Shown piece after piece: positions 1 through 10,329 of a stretch of DNA of 64,000 nt (position 1 is the stretch's first letter; each line of letters opens with the position of its first letter). The position numbers and the translations under genes are program-made. The stretch is from an uncultured Bacilli bacterium (GTDB lineage: Bacteria > Bacillota_I > Bacilli_A > RFN20 > CAG-826), in contig CALVUF010000003.1 in assembly GCA_944363525.1 (NCBI GenBank), positions 42,306 through 106,305 of the forward strand, read 5' to 3'. Below the pieces are notes generated by a model. It was not told where the DNA came from. It made no database searches and was given only the letters and a program-made list of their open reading frames with translations.

Positions 1-711
1 GGCGGAAGAAGAAGCTGTCTTGGGAAGTAGGGTAGGAATAAGGGGACTCGCTTAAATGGAATATGGCTTTTCTGTTCATGACGAATACACATATTAGTGG
101 GGACGATTCGGAAATGAAACAAATATCGATTTACCTTATTTCCTTGCTTTCGAGAAATGTTTCCAGACATCCTTTCGGCATACTGAACAAATAAGATGAA
201 TGGAATTCGCGAACTCGCGCCCACCGGCTTTTCTCCCCTCAGTTTTTCTTTGTTTAGGGGGGCTGCCCGATGAACGAAGAGGAGCTTTTTCGTCTTGTTT
301 CGATTCGCTGATTGCCGAGATGGACTATCCGTATATCCAAAACGCCTTCACTGGCCATTGGGTCTATTTACCCGGTTTCGCCCTGATGAAAGTTCAATGA
401 GGATGGCTTTATACCATCCGCAGGTTTTGGGCTTTGATTATTCCGACCTTGCTGGCGCGAAAGTCATGGCGACGAGCCTCGACTATCTTCCGGCGGATGA
501 GGCCGGTCGATATCAAGGAGCTAAAGCAAACCTAAAGCCTCGGAAGCGCCCAGCCAGCCGATGATTTGGCCGAAGCCGAACTCAAGGCTACTTTCCTAGA
601 TGAAAACGGCTATTCTTTATTTATGATGATAACCTTCTGAGCGCTTATGACTAGACTTATTTGTCTACTGGAAATCTTTTGGATTACCAGATGAAAATCT
701 AGATTATTGAT

Positions 712-1596
712 TCATTTGCTTTTGCGCCGCTTCCGCATATAGATGGGGAGGGAGGCGTAAATTAGGTCGCTTGACTCGACAAAATAGAGCAGTTTTTGAT
801 GGGTCTCCGCCCCCTCTAGATGGAGGAGGGTCTTTTTCCCGAGGCGGATGGCTTTGACGGTTTTGTAGGCCTTCTCGTCGTTATGGAGTTCATCTTCGGT
901 TAAGAAGCAGCCGCGGGGCCGGAAATCGAGGGAAGCGGGATAGACGGCGGTATCGACTTCCACATCGTCGGTTATCCGTTGCTTTTCTTTGTCGGCATAG
1001 TTCAAATTGTCCAAATCGACATAGAGGTCGACCTTTTGACCTTTTCGATAGGCTTTCTCCGAGACGAAGGGGATGATGATCCCGCTGGTGTCGCGGCCAT
1101 AATAGGTCTTCTTGTCCCCATAGTCCTTTTCCCCTTCGATCTTGACCTCGAAACGGTGCCCGCCCTTTATTTCCTCAGTTCGGACGTCGCTGGCGAGGAA
1201 GACGACCGATTTGGGATTTAGAGATCCAATCAAGCGTTTATCCAGCGAAGCTTTTTCCTCTTCGCTTAATTCGGCTTTGTCCAGTTCCATCTCGATAAGG
1301 GGGATGGCGTTGCTTAAGTTGCGTTCGGTCTTTTTGTCGAATAGATGCAATTTGCCGACGTCGAAACGGACCTTTATCTTGTCCCCTTTGGCCAGGGTAT
1401 TGGGCTCGACTAAGGAGAGGATGGTGAATTCCTTCCTTCCGCCAAGATGGAAATAGACTAAGGTCTGCTCGCCCAGCCGCTCGACCAATTCCACTTCGAC
1501 CGGGAAGCCGCTTTCATCGATCTTGATGTCGCTTGGCCGGATGCCAAGGTAGGCTTCGAGAGGGTAAACGTCCTCGCTAAGCTGGCATAGTTCCAC
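712..1596 (-). CDS. C-terminal part of the same MalK-like ATPase (TOBE/regulatory domain plus a ~190-aa extension)
   Basis: If one A is removed from the A7 run (+ strand T7 at 1654..1660) the ATPase continues as ...[44 protein letters not shown]..., a typical MalK C-terminal transport-associated domain. This ORF alone lacks an N-terminal ATPase domain. Confidence 0.8.
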   Translation of the reverse strand: MELCQLSEDVYPLEAYLGIRPSDIKIDESGFPVEVELVERLGEQTLVYFHLGGRKEFTILSLVEPNTLAKGDKIKVRFDVGKLHLFDKKTERNLSNAIPLIEMELDKAELSEEEKASLDKRLIGSLNPKSVVFLASDVRTEEIKGGHRFEVKIEGEKDYGDKKTYYGRDTSGIIIPFVSEKAYRKGQKVDLYVDLDNLNYADKEKQRITDDVEVDTAVYPASLDFRPRGCFLTEDELHNDEKAYKTVKAIRLGKKTLLHLEGAETHQKLLYFVESSDLIYASLPIYMRKRRKSK

Positions 1597-2404
1597 CTCG
1601 GGGATGGCGATGTCGACCGATTCGTCGATGGAGACAAAGTGCTTTTCCTCGCCTTTTTTTGACGATGGTCCCCTCGAAGATGTTCATCTGCGGGCTGCCT
1701 AAGAAGGTGGCGACGAATATATTCCCCGGATGGTCATAGAGGTTCATCGGGGTATCGACTTGTTGAATCAATCCATCTTTCATGACCACGATCCGGTCGC
1801 CCATCGTCATCGCTTCGGTCTGGTCATGGGTGACGTAGACGAAGGTGGTTTGGATGTCCTGATGGAGTTTCGATATCTCGGCCCGCATCGCGACCCGGAG
1901 TTTGGCGTCGAGGTTGGACAAGGGCTCATCGAAGAGGAAGGCGGAGGGTTCGCGGACGATGGCCCTTCCGAGGGCGACCCGTTGCCGCTGGCCACCGCTT
2001 AGTTCCCGCGGTGTCCGCTTGAGCAGATTCTCGATGCCTAGGATCGCGGCCGCTTTATGGACTTTTTCCTCGATGACCTCTTTCTTAGCCTTTTGGCATC
2101 GGAGCGAATAGGCCATGTTCTCATAGACGCTCATATGGGGGTAGAGGGCGTAATTTTGGAAAACCATGGCGATATTGCGGTCCTTTGGCTCCAAATCGTT
2201 GACGTAGGTATCGCCGATGAAGATGTTGCCGGAGGTGATTTCCTCCAAGCCGGCGATCATCCTTAGGGTGGTCGACTTCCCGCATCCGGAAGGACCGACG
2301 AAGACGATGAATTCTTTGTCGTGGATCTCTAAGGAGGCGTCGGAGACGGCCCGGACCCCGCCTTTGTAGACCTTGGTGACGTTTTCCAATCTGATTCTAG
2401 CCAT
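1577..2404 (-). CDS. Sugar ABC transporter ATP-binding protein, MalK/MsmK family (ATPase domain portion of a frameshifted gene)
   Basis: Translation shows Walker [10 protein letters not shown], the ABC signature [10 protein letters not shown] and Walker [12 protein letters not shown]. The reading frame runs out right after FEGTIVKK at an A7 homopolymer, and the sensible continuation is in the adjacent frame (ORF 712..1596). Confidence 0.9.
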   Translation of the reverse strand: MARIRLENVTKVYKGGVRAVSDASLEIHDKEFIVFVGPSGCGKSTTLRMIAGLEEITSGNIFIGDTYVNDLEPKDRNIAMVFQNYALYPHMSVYENMAYSLRCQKAKKEVIEEKVHKAAAILGIENLLKRTPRELSGGQRQRVALGRAIVREPSAFLFDEPLSNLDAKLRVAMRAEISKLHQDIQTTFVYVTHDQTEAMTMGDRIVVMKDGLIQQVDTPMNLYDHPGNIFVATFLGSPQMNIFEGTIVKKRRGKALCLHRRIGRHRHPRGGTMPA

Positions 2405-2410
2405 GTTTTT

Positions 2411-3244
2411 CTATCCTTTCACGGCCCCGGAGGTGAGCCCAGAGACCATATTCTTAACGAGGAGGAAGTAGAGGACGACGATGGGGACGGCGATGAAGAC
2501 TGCCCCGGCGGCGAAGCGAGCGAACTCGGTTTCCCCTAAGCTCATGAGTCCGACTGCGACCGTCCAATTGTCCCGGTTCTTCAATAGGATCTTCGGGAGG
2601 ACGAAATCCGACCAAGGCCAGGTGAAGCTGGTGAGGGCGGTATAGACGATCATCGGCTTGGCCAATGGCAAAGTGATGGTGCGGAACACCCTTACGTTAT
2701 TGGCCCCGTCGATCCGGGCCGCCTCATAGATCGAGGTCGGGATGGTATCGAAGAACCCTTTCTGCACTAAGTAGCCCATCGGGGCGGTGCAAGAGTAGAT
2801 GGCGATTAAGCCGAAGAGGTTGTTGATCAGCTGAAACTGGGTCATGAGGATGTAGATGATGGTCATCGACATGAAGGAAGGGAACATTCCTAAGACTAAG
2901 GCCCCTTTCATCAATGGTCGCCTTGCCTTGAATTCGAAACGGGAGATGACGTAGGCGGTCAAGATGACGAGGATGGTGGAGAAAACGCATGAGCAAATGG
3001 CGATGATCAAAGTGTTGAGCAACCACTTTGGGTAGTTATACATCGCTGTGTCGGTGAAGAGGGTGATGAAGGATTGGAATGAGTAGGATTCGGGGAAGAA
3101 GCCGGGGATCGAATAGAGGTTCCCGGTCGAGGAGAAGGACGCCAGAATGAGCCAGAGACAAGGGAAAAGGAAGACAAAGGCGACGACGATCAATAAGCAA
3201 TAGGTGATCAAGATATCGATGATCTTCTTGGTTTTGCCTTTCAT
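2411..3244 (-). CDS. Carbohydrate ABC transporter permease (MalG-like)
   Basis: Polytopic membrane protein with EAA loop motif EAARIDGANNVRVFRTITLPLAKP. It lies directly upstream of the ATPase in the same operon. Confidence 0.9.
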   Translation of the reverse strand: MKGKTKKIIDILITYCLLIVVAFVFLFPCLWLILASFSSTGNLYSIPGFFPESYSFQSFITLFTDTAMYNYPKWLLNTLIIAICSCVFSTILVILTAYVISRFEFKARRPLMKGALVLGMFPSFMSMTIIYILMTQFQLINNLFGLIAIYSCTAPMGYLVQKGFFDTIPTSIYEAARIDGANNVRVFRTITLPLAKPMIVYTALTSFTWPWSDFVLPKILLKNRDNWTVAVGLMSLGETEFARFAAGAVFIAVPIVVLYFLLVKNMVSGLTSGAVKG

Positions 3245-4677
3245 CGGTAGGTGTCCTCCTTCTTATAGGATCCGCTGCGAACGTAGACCAGCAGCGAGAT
3301 AGCCGAGGTAATGATGAAGATCAATAACGAGATGGCGGCCCCGATGCCGTAGTAGTCGTTGCTGATCGAGAGGTTGTAGAGCCAGTTGATGAGCAAATCG
3401 GTGTCGGAGGCGCGGAAATAGCCTTCGCTCACGATCCCGCCCCGGAGGAAGTAGAAGGTCCCGAAGTTATTGAAGTTCCCGATGAACTGGGAGATGAGGG
3501 TCGGGGTGGTGGCGAAGATGACGTAGGGCAAGGTGATATCGAAGAACTGCTTCCGTTTGCTCGCCCCGTCGATGTCGGCTGCCTCATAGAGGTCTTTCTG
3601 GATGTTGGAGAGGATCCCGGTGGCGAGCAGCATGGTCGTGGGGACGGTGAGCCAGGTGTTGACGAAGAGACCGATCCCGCGGGCCCACCAAGTGGAATCG
3701 AGGCCGAGGAAATCGACGATGTTCTCATCATGCATATGGGCGTCGCTTAGGTAGTAGTTGATTGGCCCCATGGTCGAGAACATGAATTTGAAGGCGATTA
3801 AGGTGATGAAGCCGGGGATGGCGTAAGCCAAAATCGGGAAGGCCCGCCAGAAGGCCGAGCCCTTGACGCATTTCTTCGATAATAGCAACGCCAAACCTAA
3901 ACCTAAGAAGTAATTGATGAAGGTGGAGAGGAAGGCCCAGGCTATATTCCAGCCGAAGATCTTGAAAAACGTCGTACCGATGTTGGTCGCCCCGAAGATG
4001 GTGGCGAAATTGTCAAAGCCGACGTAATCGACCAAATCGGTTGGGACATCGATCTCGCCACCGAAATTGGTGAAGGCGACTAAGATCATCATGACGATCG
4101 GGATGACTGAGAACACCATAACCCCTAATAAGGGGACGAAGAGGGCGACGTAAGGGAATTTCCTCCCGGTTAAAGAGGCGACGTCCTCTATGAAGGTCCG
4201 GGGTTTTTGGCCCTTTAGCTTGGTAAGCCGGGCCGAAAGGGCGCTCCGAAGGCTGCTAAGGTAAAGCAAGAGGAAGCAAATGATGATGAAGACGGTCAGG
4301 ATCCCCATCAGCATCAAGACGACCGAATTGTCGCCGACCACCCCGGACCAGGGATCGGATTCCTTGGTCCCGAGGGTGAATAGGCCCACTAGGTATTCCC
4401 CGCCGAGCAAGGCCATGAAGACGATAAAGAGGATTTCAAGAAGCAGGAACATGATGCCTTTGGCGTATTGGCCATAGGCGATATTGCCGGCCCCGCAGAA
4501 TAGCAGGGAAAGAAGGACTTTCCAATCGGCTTGGGCGAAGAAGTCCGCAATACCGGCCCCAAAGGATTTGACTTTCGTCCACTGCTTTTGGAAGAAAGAT
4601 TTCGTTTTTGCGGGAATGTTTCGGAAATAGTCGCCAATTGAATTGACTATTTTCCTCCCGCCTCTTTCGCTTTCCAT
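3241..4677 (-). CDS. Carbohydrate ABC transporter permease (MalF-like, long N-terminal region)
   Basis: EAA motif EAADIDGASKRKQFFDITLPYV and multiple TM segments. The 4-nt overlap with the downstream permease fits operon organisation. Confidence 0.88.
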   Translation of the reverse strand: MESERGGRKIVNSIGDYFRNIPAKTKSFFQKQWTKVKSFGAGIADFFAQADWKVLLSLLFCGAGNIAYGQYAKGIMFLLLEILFIVFMALLGGEYLVGLFTLGTKESDPWSGVVGDNSVVLMLMGILTVFIIICFLLLYLSSLRSALSARLTKLKGQKPRTFIEDVASLTGRKFPYVALFVPLLGVMVFSVIPIVMMILVAFTNFGGEIDVPTDLVDYVGFDNFATIFGATNIGTTFFKIFGWNIAWAFLSTFINYFLGLGLALLLSKKCVKGSAFWRAFPILAYAIPGFITLIAFKFMFSTMGPINYYLSDAHMHDENIVDFLGLDSTWWARGIGLFVNTWLTVPTTMLLATGILSNIQKDLYEAADIDGASKRKQFFDITLPYVIFATTPTLISQFIGNFNNFGTFYFLRGGIVSEGYFRASDTDLLINWLYNLSISNDYYGIGAAISLLIFIITSAISLLVYVRSGSYKKEDTYR

Positions 4678-4682
4678 AACTT

Positions 4683-6164
4683 TTAGGCCAAGGTGGTGAT
4701 CGCTTCGTGGATCTGCCGGACCATCTCGTCTAATCCGGCTTGGTAATCGGCCTGCTCCTTATATTTCTGTTGGCTCGCCGGCCTCGTCGGGTCGGTCGCC
4801 AAGTCTTTGTTCAAGGTCTCGCCCGGCGTCCAGATTTGGCCCGTTTCGGTTAAGGAGGGCATTAAGGTGATTAAGCCGTCCTCTAACCGGGAATAGATAT
4901 TCTCCGATATGGCAGAGTCGGAATCAGCAACGACATCAGCCCGGCAGGGGGCGACGCCGAGCATCGTCTCGCGGAGCTTGTTCATCTCGAAGCTGGTGGC
5001 GAAGTTGACGAAGGCTAAGCAAGCGACCGGGTAATCGGTGTAGGAGGAGATGGCATAGCCATTGATCCCGCCCATGGCCTTCATGTCGATTAGTTCAGGA
5101 TTCTCTTCGGAGAGATCACCGGACTTCGGCAGTTTGGGTAAGTCGGCGATGACGAGGTTCTCTTTGGCGGCGGTTTGGGCCTCGCTAGCGCTCATGCCAT
5201 CCGCGACGTATTCGGTCACCATCTCGGTCGTGAAGTTGTTGGTGACGTCGGGGGTGGTCATGGTGGCGAAGATCTCGCCGCGGGCCAATTGGCCATAGCA
5301 AGTGGTGTTGATTGAATCGTCGACGCAGGTTGGGCCCATGGTCTCGGCTAACTGGCGGATGATCCGCGCCCCTTTCCAGGCTTCGCCTTTATTGAAACCG
5401 ATGTCATCGGGGTTGGTTCCATCGTCGCCGAAGACATAGGCCCCATAGGAGAAGAGGTAGCCGGAAGAAAAATAGACGTCGTATAAAGCTTTCATATATC
5501 CCCGTTTGGACGGATCGGCGGCATTGATTTCCTTGGAATACTTGTATAGGGCATTCCAGCTTTCGACCATGTCGGGGATCCCGTTGTTATTGGCGTCCGC
5601 TCCTTCCGGGACCATGTCTTTCCGGTAGAAGAGCATCGGGGCTTGGGCGTTGACGGGGACGCCGAAGGAATAGCGGACCCCGGACTCGATGCCTTTGTAG
5701 GCGTTGATGGCTGATTCGGGGAGATGCTCATAGGCCTCGATCTTCCAAGTCGGGAGGGGCATGACATGACGGCCTTGGACGTATTTCATGATGACGTCGT
5801 TGGCTTGGTAGAGGACATCCGGCCCATAACCATAGGGGCCATCTTCCGCCAAGTTGGAATATTGATCGATGTTGGCGTCGACCGCCTTGATTCCATATTC
5901 GGCGTATTCCTCGTTGAAGGCATTGAGCAACTCGTCGAGGTAACCGAGCGATTTGGCGGTGTCGTTTTCGAGAATCTGGAGGGTGATGTTCCGTTCCAAC
6001 TCTCCTTCGAAGCGGTCAAAGACCGGCATGTCGGAATTGGCTTCGGTGATTTCCTCCCCCGGGGTGGTTCCGCCAGGGTTAGTGGAACTATTGCCGGTTG
6101 TTGGTCCGCATGAGGCGAGAGCCAAAAGGGCGAGGGCGGCGTAGATGGTGTGGGATTTTCTCAT
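4683..6164 (-). CDS. Extracellular solute-binding lipoprotein (family 1 sugar/maltodextrin-binding protein)
   Basis: Signal peptide with lipobox LALASC followed by a Gly/Thr/Pro-rich linker. It is ~490 aa and sits between the GH13 gene and the permeases. Confidence 0.85.
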   Translation of the reverse strand: MRKSHTIYAALALLALASCGPTTGNSSTNPGGTTPGEEITEANSDMPVFDRFEGELERNITLQILENDTAKSLGYLDELLNAFNEEYAEYGIKAVDANIDQYSNLAEDGPYGYGPDVLYQANDVIMKYVQGRHVMPLPTWKIEAYEHLPESAINAYKGIESGVRYSFGVPVNAQAPMLFYRKDMVPEGADANNNGIPDMVESWNALYKYSKEINAADPSKRGYMKALYDVYFSSGYLFSYGAYVFGDDGTNPDDIGFNKGEAWKGARIIRQLAETMGPTCVDDSINTTCYGQLARGEIFATMTTPDVTNNFTTEMVTEYVADGMSASEAQTAAKENLVIADLPKLPKSGDLSEENPELIDMKAMGGINGYAISSYTDYPVACLAFVNFATSFEMNKLRETMLGVAPCRADVVADSDSAISENIYSRLEDGLITLMPSLTETGQIWTPGETLNKDLATDPTRPASQQKYKEQADYQAGLDEMVRQIHEAITTLA

Positions 6165-7855
6165 TTGTCTAACCTCCTTATGAGAAAGCCGTTGGGCTGA
6201 AGCGTTTTCCCTTCATAACGGTGGGCCAGTAGGTGGCCGTGGTCGGGGAGTTCGATCGGTTGATCGGTGGCGTTTATATATAGCTCGATTCCTTCTTCCC
6301 CATTGCTTCGGACGAGATGGAGAAGCCTGTTTTCCGCCTGGCAAGCGAATTGGGGGAGCCGGCTGATTTGCTTATTATGGATACCGATTAGGATCCGGAG
6401 CAATTCCGAATGAGGAGTGGGCTTTTCCCCGTCAAGTGGGAAGCAGCGGCGGGAGTCAGGGTCGAAATTCCCGGGTAAGGGAATCTCAGTCCCATAATAG
6501 ATCCCAGGGCAGCCGGGGAGGAAGATGAGGGCGGATAAGGCGCATTCCAATTGGTCGATGTTCTCTTGACAAAGGGTGTAAAAGCGGAAGGTATCGTGGG
6601 AGTCGAGAAGGTTGAGATTGGCCTGAATCTGGGTGGGCCGGAGGTTGGCGTAAATTCGGTTTAAGGCGGAGGCGCATTCGGCCGCGTCAGTTTCCTTTGA
6701 GGCTAAATATCTTTCCAAAGCATAGGTGACCGGATAATTCATGACACCGTCGAATTCGTCACCTTTTAGGAAGGCGTGGGGGTTATGCCAGTGCTCGCCG
6801 AGGATCAAAGCCTCGGGATAGGCGGACTTGATGGCTTTTCGGAAATCCCGCCAGAATTCGTGGCTCACCTCATCGGCGACGTCCAGCCGCCAGCCATCGA
6901 TGCCGAGCTCTAGATAATGGAGGGCGACGCTTTTTAAATATTCGGCGCAGGATGGCGAATCGGGGTTGAGCTTAGGCATGTAAGGGCAAACGGAGAAGAA
7001 CTCGTAGTTCGGGTGCTTTAGGTCGATATGGTCGCCTTGGACGAAGAACCAATCCCAATAAGGCGACTTCCTTCCGTTTTTAACCGCGTCTTGGAAGAAA
7101 GACGATTCGGAGGACAGGTGGTTGAAGACCGCGTCTAAGACGATCCGAATCCCTAAGGCGTGGGCCTCCTCGATCAGATTCTTCAGCGTTGCCTCATCCC
7201 CTAACTGGGGATCGATGGTCAGATAATCGACGATGTCGTATTTATGGTAGGAGGGGGAAAGGAAGATCGGGGTCAGGTATAAGACGTTGACCCCGAGGTT
7301 GGATAAATAGGGCAAACGCTCGATGATCCCGGCTAAATCCCCACCGGCAAAGGACTTTGGGGTCGGTTTGTCCCCCCAAGCCAAATTGATGTAAGAACGG
7401 TCTTTGCCCTTGTCGCCAAGTTTGAAGCGGTCAGGGAATATCTGATAGAAGAAAGCCTGATCGAGCCAAGCGGGCAAAGAGGGGATATCGACCGCATGGA
7501 GATAGGGGAACTGGAAGAAATCCTTATAGGAGTAGGCGAAATCGTAATGGTCGAGCAAGCCCCGCTCGGTATAGAAATAGGAATGGCTGTCCTCGACGAT
7601 TTCGAAGACATAGGCCAGCCGTTTGTCAGGAATAGGGGCGATGGCTTCGAAATAGGCGAAGTCCTTATCCAAATAAGCGAGCTGCATCGCAATCTTTTCT
7701 CTGGCGCTTGGGAAAGGGTATTTGCCGCCGAAATGGGCGTAGACCTTCAGGTTCCGGTCTTCATTTCCGAGACGGAGGCGGAGGCAAAAATAAGTTTCCG
7801 ATACCAAGGATGCGTAGGGGGATTCGCTTAGATGGAACAGAGCTTGGGTATTCAT
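6161..7855 (-). CDS. GH13 alpha-glucosidase of the neopullulanase/cyclomaltodextrinase/maltogenic amylase type, cytoplasmic
   Basis: GH13 conserved regions are present: VLDAVFNH (region I), GIDGWRLDVADEV (region II), LGEHWH (region III) and LLDSHDTFR (region IV). It also has the FYQIFPDRF motif typical of the neopullulanase subfamily. No signal peptide. RBS AAGGA lies upstream of the ATG at 7855. Confidence 0.88.
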   Translation of the reverse strand: MNTQALFHLSESPYASLVSETYFCLRLRLGNEDRNLKVYAHFGGKYPFPSAREKIAMQLAYLDKDFAYFEAIAPIPDKRLAYVFEIVEDSHSYFYTERGLLDHYDFAYSYKDFFQFPYLHAVDIPSLPAWLDQAFFYQIFPDRFKLGDKGKDRSYINLAWGDKPTPKSFAGGDLAGIIERLPYLSNLGVNVLYLTPIFLSPSYHKYDIVDYLTIDPQLGDEATLKNLIEEAHALGIRIVLDAVFNHLSSESSFFQDAVKNGRKSPYWDWFFVQGDHIDLKHPNYEFFSVCPYMPKLNPDSPSCAEYLKSVALHYLELGIDGWRLDVADEVSHEFWRDFRKAIKSAYPEALILGEHWHNPHAFLKGDEFDGVMNYPVTYALERYLASKETDAAECASALNRIYANLRPTQIQANLNLLDSHDTFRFYTLCQENIDQLECALSALIFLPGCPGIYYGTEIPLPGNFDPDSRRCFPLDGEKPTPHSELLRILIGIHNKQISRLPQFACQAENRLLHLVRSNGEEGIELYINATDQPIELPDHGHLLAHRYEGKTLQPNGFLIRRLDK

Positions 7856-7892
7856 TCAATTTCCGTCCTTTTTTGTTTATGATACGGGCAAT

Positions 7893-8651
7893 ATGGCAAG
7901 CAAACGAGTGACGATTAAGGAATTAGCGGCCGAGGCTGGGGTCTCCATCGCCACCGTGTCTTACGTCTTGAACAACCGGACCGATCAGAAGATCAGCGAG
8001 GAGAAGCGGAAGAAGATTCTTCAGTTGGCTAACCTTTACCATTACATTAAGAATCCGGCGGCCGCTTCTTTGGCTAGCGGCCATCATGGTTTAGTGTCGT
8101 TGATCTTCGATTGGGATGAGGGGACGCTTCCGCTAGCGAATAAGGCGATCATCGCCGACCGGTTGACCAGAGCCTTCGCTAAGCGGGGTTATCGGGTGTG
8201 CTTAGAGCCCTCCGGTTCTTTGCCTGATGGTTCGATGGTCGACGCCATCGTCGCCATCGGCTTATCGGCCGAGCGGTTCCGGCAAGTCGGCAACAACATT
8301 TTCATCCCGCTTATATCGGTCGACTCCTTAGTCGGAGGCGATTGGCTATTCAACGTCATTTACGATGATTATGATCACTATGAAGGTCAGACCTTAGCCT
8401 GCCTGCCAATCGCTTCGGATGAATTATTGGGTTATTTCCGAACCCATTTCGACCTGCGGATCGCGACGGGCCTCGATCAGTATCGGGCTTTGCCAGAAGG
8501 CTGTTACGTCCGGGATCCGGCGTTGTTGCCTTATCTAAGAGAAGGCGACGTCGGAATCGATTGCTTTACCGAGGCTAAACTCGCCAAGATCGTTGAAGTT
8601 ACTCTTTCCTCCATCAACGAGGAAGGGGCTTCGGTCCATTGCAAGATTTAA
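7893..8651 (+). CDS. LacI-family transcriptional regulator (short, 252 aa)
   Basis: N-terminal HTH is VTIKELAAEAGVSIATVSYVLNN with a hinge and a reduced sugar-binding-like core. It is divergent from the GH13/ABC operon with only 37 bp between the start codons. Confidence 0.8.
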   Translation: MASKRVTIKELAAEAGVSIATVSYVLNNRTDQKISEEKRKKILQLANLYHYIKNPAAASLASGHHGLVSLIFDWDEGTLPLANKAIIADRLTRAFAKRGYRVCLEPSGSLPDGSMVDAIVAIGLSAERFRQVGNNIFIPLISVDSLVGGDWLFNVIYDDYDHYEGQTLACLPIASDELLGYFRTHFDLRIATGLDQYRALPEGCYVRDPALLPYLREGDVGIDCFTEAKLAKIVEVTLSSINEEGASVHCKI

Positions 8652-8693
8652 GGAAGGGCGTGAGGAGGAGAACAGCCTCACGCCCTTTTTTCA

Positions 8694-10247
8694 TTAGGCC
8701 GCGGCCTTGATGGTGATGATGTGGGAGTAGACGTTGTAGCTGAGGTCGTAGGTGCCGGCGACTTTGCACTTGAAGTTGTAGTTGCCGCCGGTGGGGTTGG
8801 CCGCTTCCCAGACATCGGCCGAGTTGGCGGTGTCTGAGTAGGTGAAGTTGTAGTCAGCGGCTTTGTTCGACCACCCATCGCCGACGGTGGTGGATCCAGC
8901 GGTGAAGCCGGCGATGGCGAATTCGGCGTTGGCCACCATCGCTATCCCTTTGAGTTCGTAGACTCGGGGATCGGTGGCGCTGACGGTGAACTTGTAGGTA
9001 TCTTTGAGGATATCGTTGTCATGGACAGTGGAGGGGGTCCAAGATAGACCGTCGCTGCTGGCCATGGTGCCGTTGAGGTAGTAGTCATAGACCGGTAAGG
9101 TCTTGGTCTTATCAACGGTGGCGGCCAGGCTTCCGGCGGCGTTATCGGCGCCCGGAGTGTAGAGGAAGGTGTATTCCCCAGCTTCCTTGGCGATGATGTT
9201 GTTACCGTTCTCCGGCTTAGTGAAGAGGGCTTGGGAAGCGGTGTCGAGGTTCGTGTAATTGATGTAGATATTGGCGTCAGCGGTCGAGCCATCGGCTTGG
9301 GTGGCGATGGTGTGGAACATGAATTCCTCGTTGGCGTCGAGATAGATAATCAGTTTGTAGGTCCCATCTTGCTGGTCCGCGAACCGGGTGGTGACATTCA
9401 ACTGGTTCTGCCAATTGGTGATTTTGGATCCTTTGATGTAATAGGCGAGGGTGGTCTCCGGTTTTTCTTCAACTGGGTCGCCATTCCGCTTGATGGTGAT
9501 ATTGTCGAGGTTATTGATGTGCTCGGTATCCTCGGGATCGATATGGTCGGGATAGGTCTTCAAGGTGACGGTGTAGTTGCCATCCTGGAGAATCTTGATG
9601 TTCGATTTCCGGTTCGAGGCCGCGATGCCACCCGCCCCTTCGACGATGTCGGACAGCTCAGACGCATTGATAATATAGCCGACGCCGTACTGCCAATCCC
9701 AGGCGTAGGGATCGGTCTCGGTTTCTTTAAACGAGGTGATCTGGAACTGATCGTTGGCGTAGAAATCGGTCGTGATGGTGAAGACGTTTTTGTTGGCTTC
9801 CTTGGTCAACTTATGGGCGTCAGTGGGGTTATCGCCCCAAGAGGAGGTCGAGAGGACGGGGGAAGTGCCGGCCCCGGCGAGGTAGAACACCCGGGTGTCT
9901 TCTTGATAAATTGAAACGGCCCCAAAGAGGGTGGTGTCCTCGGTGAGGGGGGTCTTGAAGTCGTAGATCCGGGAGAAGGTCGGGGTTAGGTACCAGCCAA
10001 CGAACTCACCTTCGCTCGGAGTGTAGGCGTAATTGGTGGGGACTCCACCGGTTTCGGCGAGCGTTTCGGTGTGGACGGTTTTGCCGTCGACTTGATAAGT
10101 GATGGTGACGCCGGTTTCCTCGGATTCGGTGGGGGTGGAAGTTGGAGTGGGTTCCGGCGGGGTGCTGGATGTGGACGTGGCGGCTGGGTCGCAGGCGACG
10201 AGGCCGAAGGCGGCCAGCAAGACGACGAACGCTTTTTTCTTAAACAT
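8694..10247 (-). CDS. Surface lipoprotein with N-terminal Listeria-Bacteroides repeat (Flg_new) and four ~100-aa internal repeats; putative glycan-binding
   Basis: Lipobox LVAC and a T/S/P-rich linker. The segment TITYQVDGKTVHTE...GEFVGWYLTPTFSRIYDFKTPLTEDTTLFG matches the Flg_new repeat pattern. Four aromatic-rich modules recur (VFYLAGAGTS..W, LAYYIKGSKITNW, DYYLNGTMASSDGLSW, AIAGFTAGSTTVGDGW). RBS AAAGGAGG precedes the start. Confidence 0.7.
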   Translation of the reverse strand: MFKKKAFVVLLAAFGLVACDPAATSTSSTPPEPTPTSTPTESEETGVTITYQVDGKTVHTETLAETGGVPTNYAYTPSEGEFVGWYLTPTFSRIYDFKTPLTEDTTLFGAVSIYQEDTRVFYLAGAGTSPVLSTSSWGDNPTDAHKLTKEANKNVFTITTDFYANDQFQITSFKETETDPYAWDWQYGVGYIINASELSDIVEGAGGIAASNRKSNIKILQDGNYTVTLKTYPDHIDPEDTEHINNLDNITIKRNGDPVEEKPETTLAYYIKGSKITNWQNQLNVTTRFADQQDGTYKLIIYLDANEEFMFHTIATQADGSTADANIYINYTNLDTASQALFTKPENGNNIIAKEAGEYTFLYTPGADNAAGSLAATVDKTKTLPVYDYYLNGTMASSDGLSWTPSTVHDNDILKDTYKFTVSATDPRVYELKGIAMVANAEFAIAGFTAGSTTVGDGWSNKAADYNFTYSDTANSADVWEAANPTGGNYNFKCKVAGTYDLSYNVYSHIITIKAAA

Positions 10248-10329
10248 GCTTGTTCCTCCTTTGCTTGTGAACTTAAGCGTTTAAGTTAATTACATATTAC
10301 AAGCCGCCGGAACGCATATCAACAAAAAA

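Noticed and set aside
200-564. Two small ORFs (200..400 and 295..564, the second possibly coupled via ATGA at 398) in the first 700 bp
   Set aside because: No RBS, no recognisable family and an unconvincing composition. They may be a decayed gene remnant but cannot be supported.
8942-9914. Long antisense ORFs (8942..9292, 9231..9914) and many similar ones (e.g. 32282..33256, 52930..53850, 38309..38968, 24440..25000, 56350..56976)
   Set aside because: They lie opposite well-supported genes, have Pro/Arg/Gly/Ser-rich low-complexity translations typical of shadow ORFs in GC3-rich coding DNA, and have no RBS or homology.
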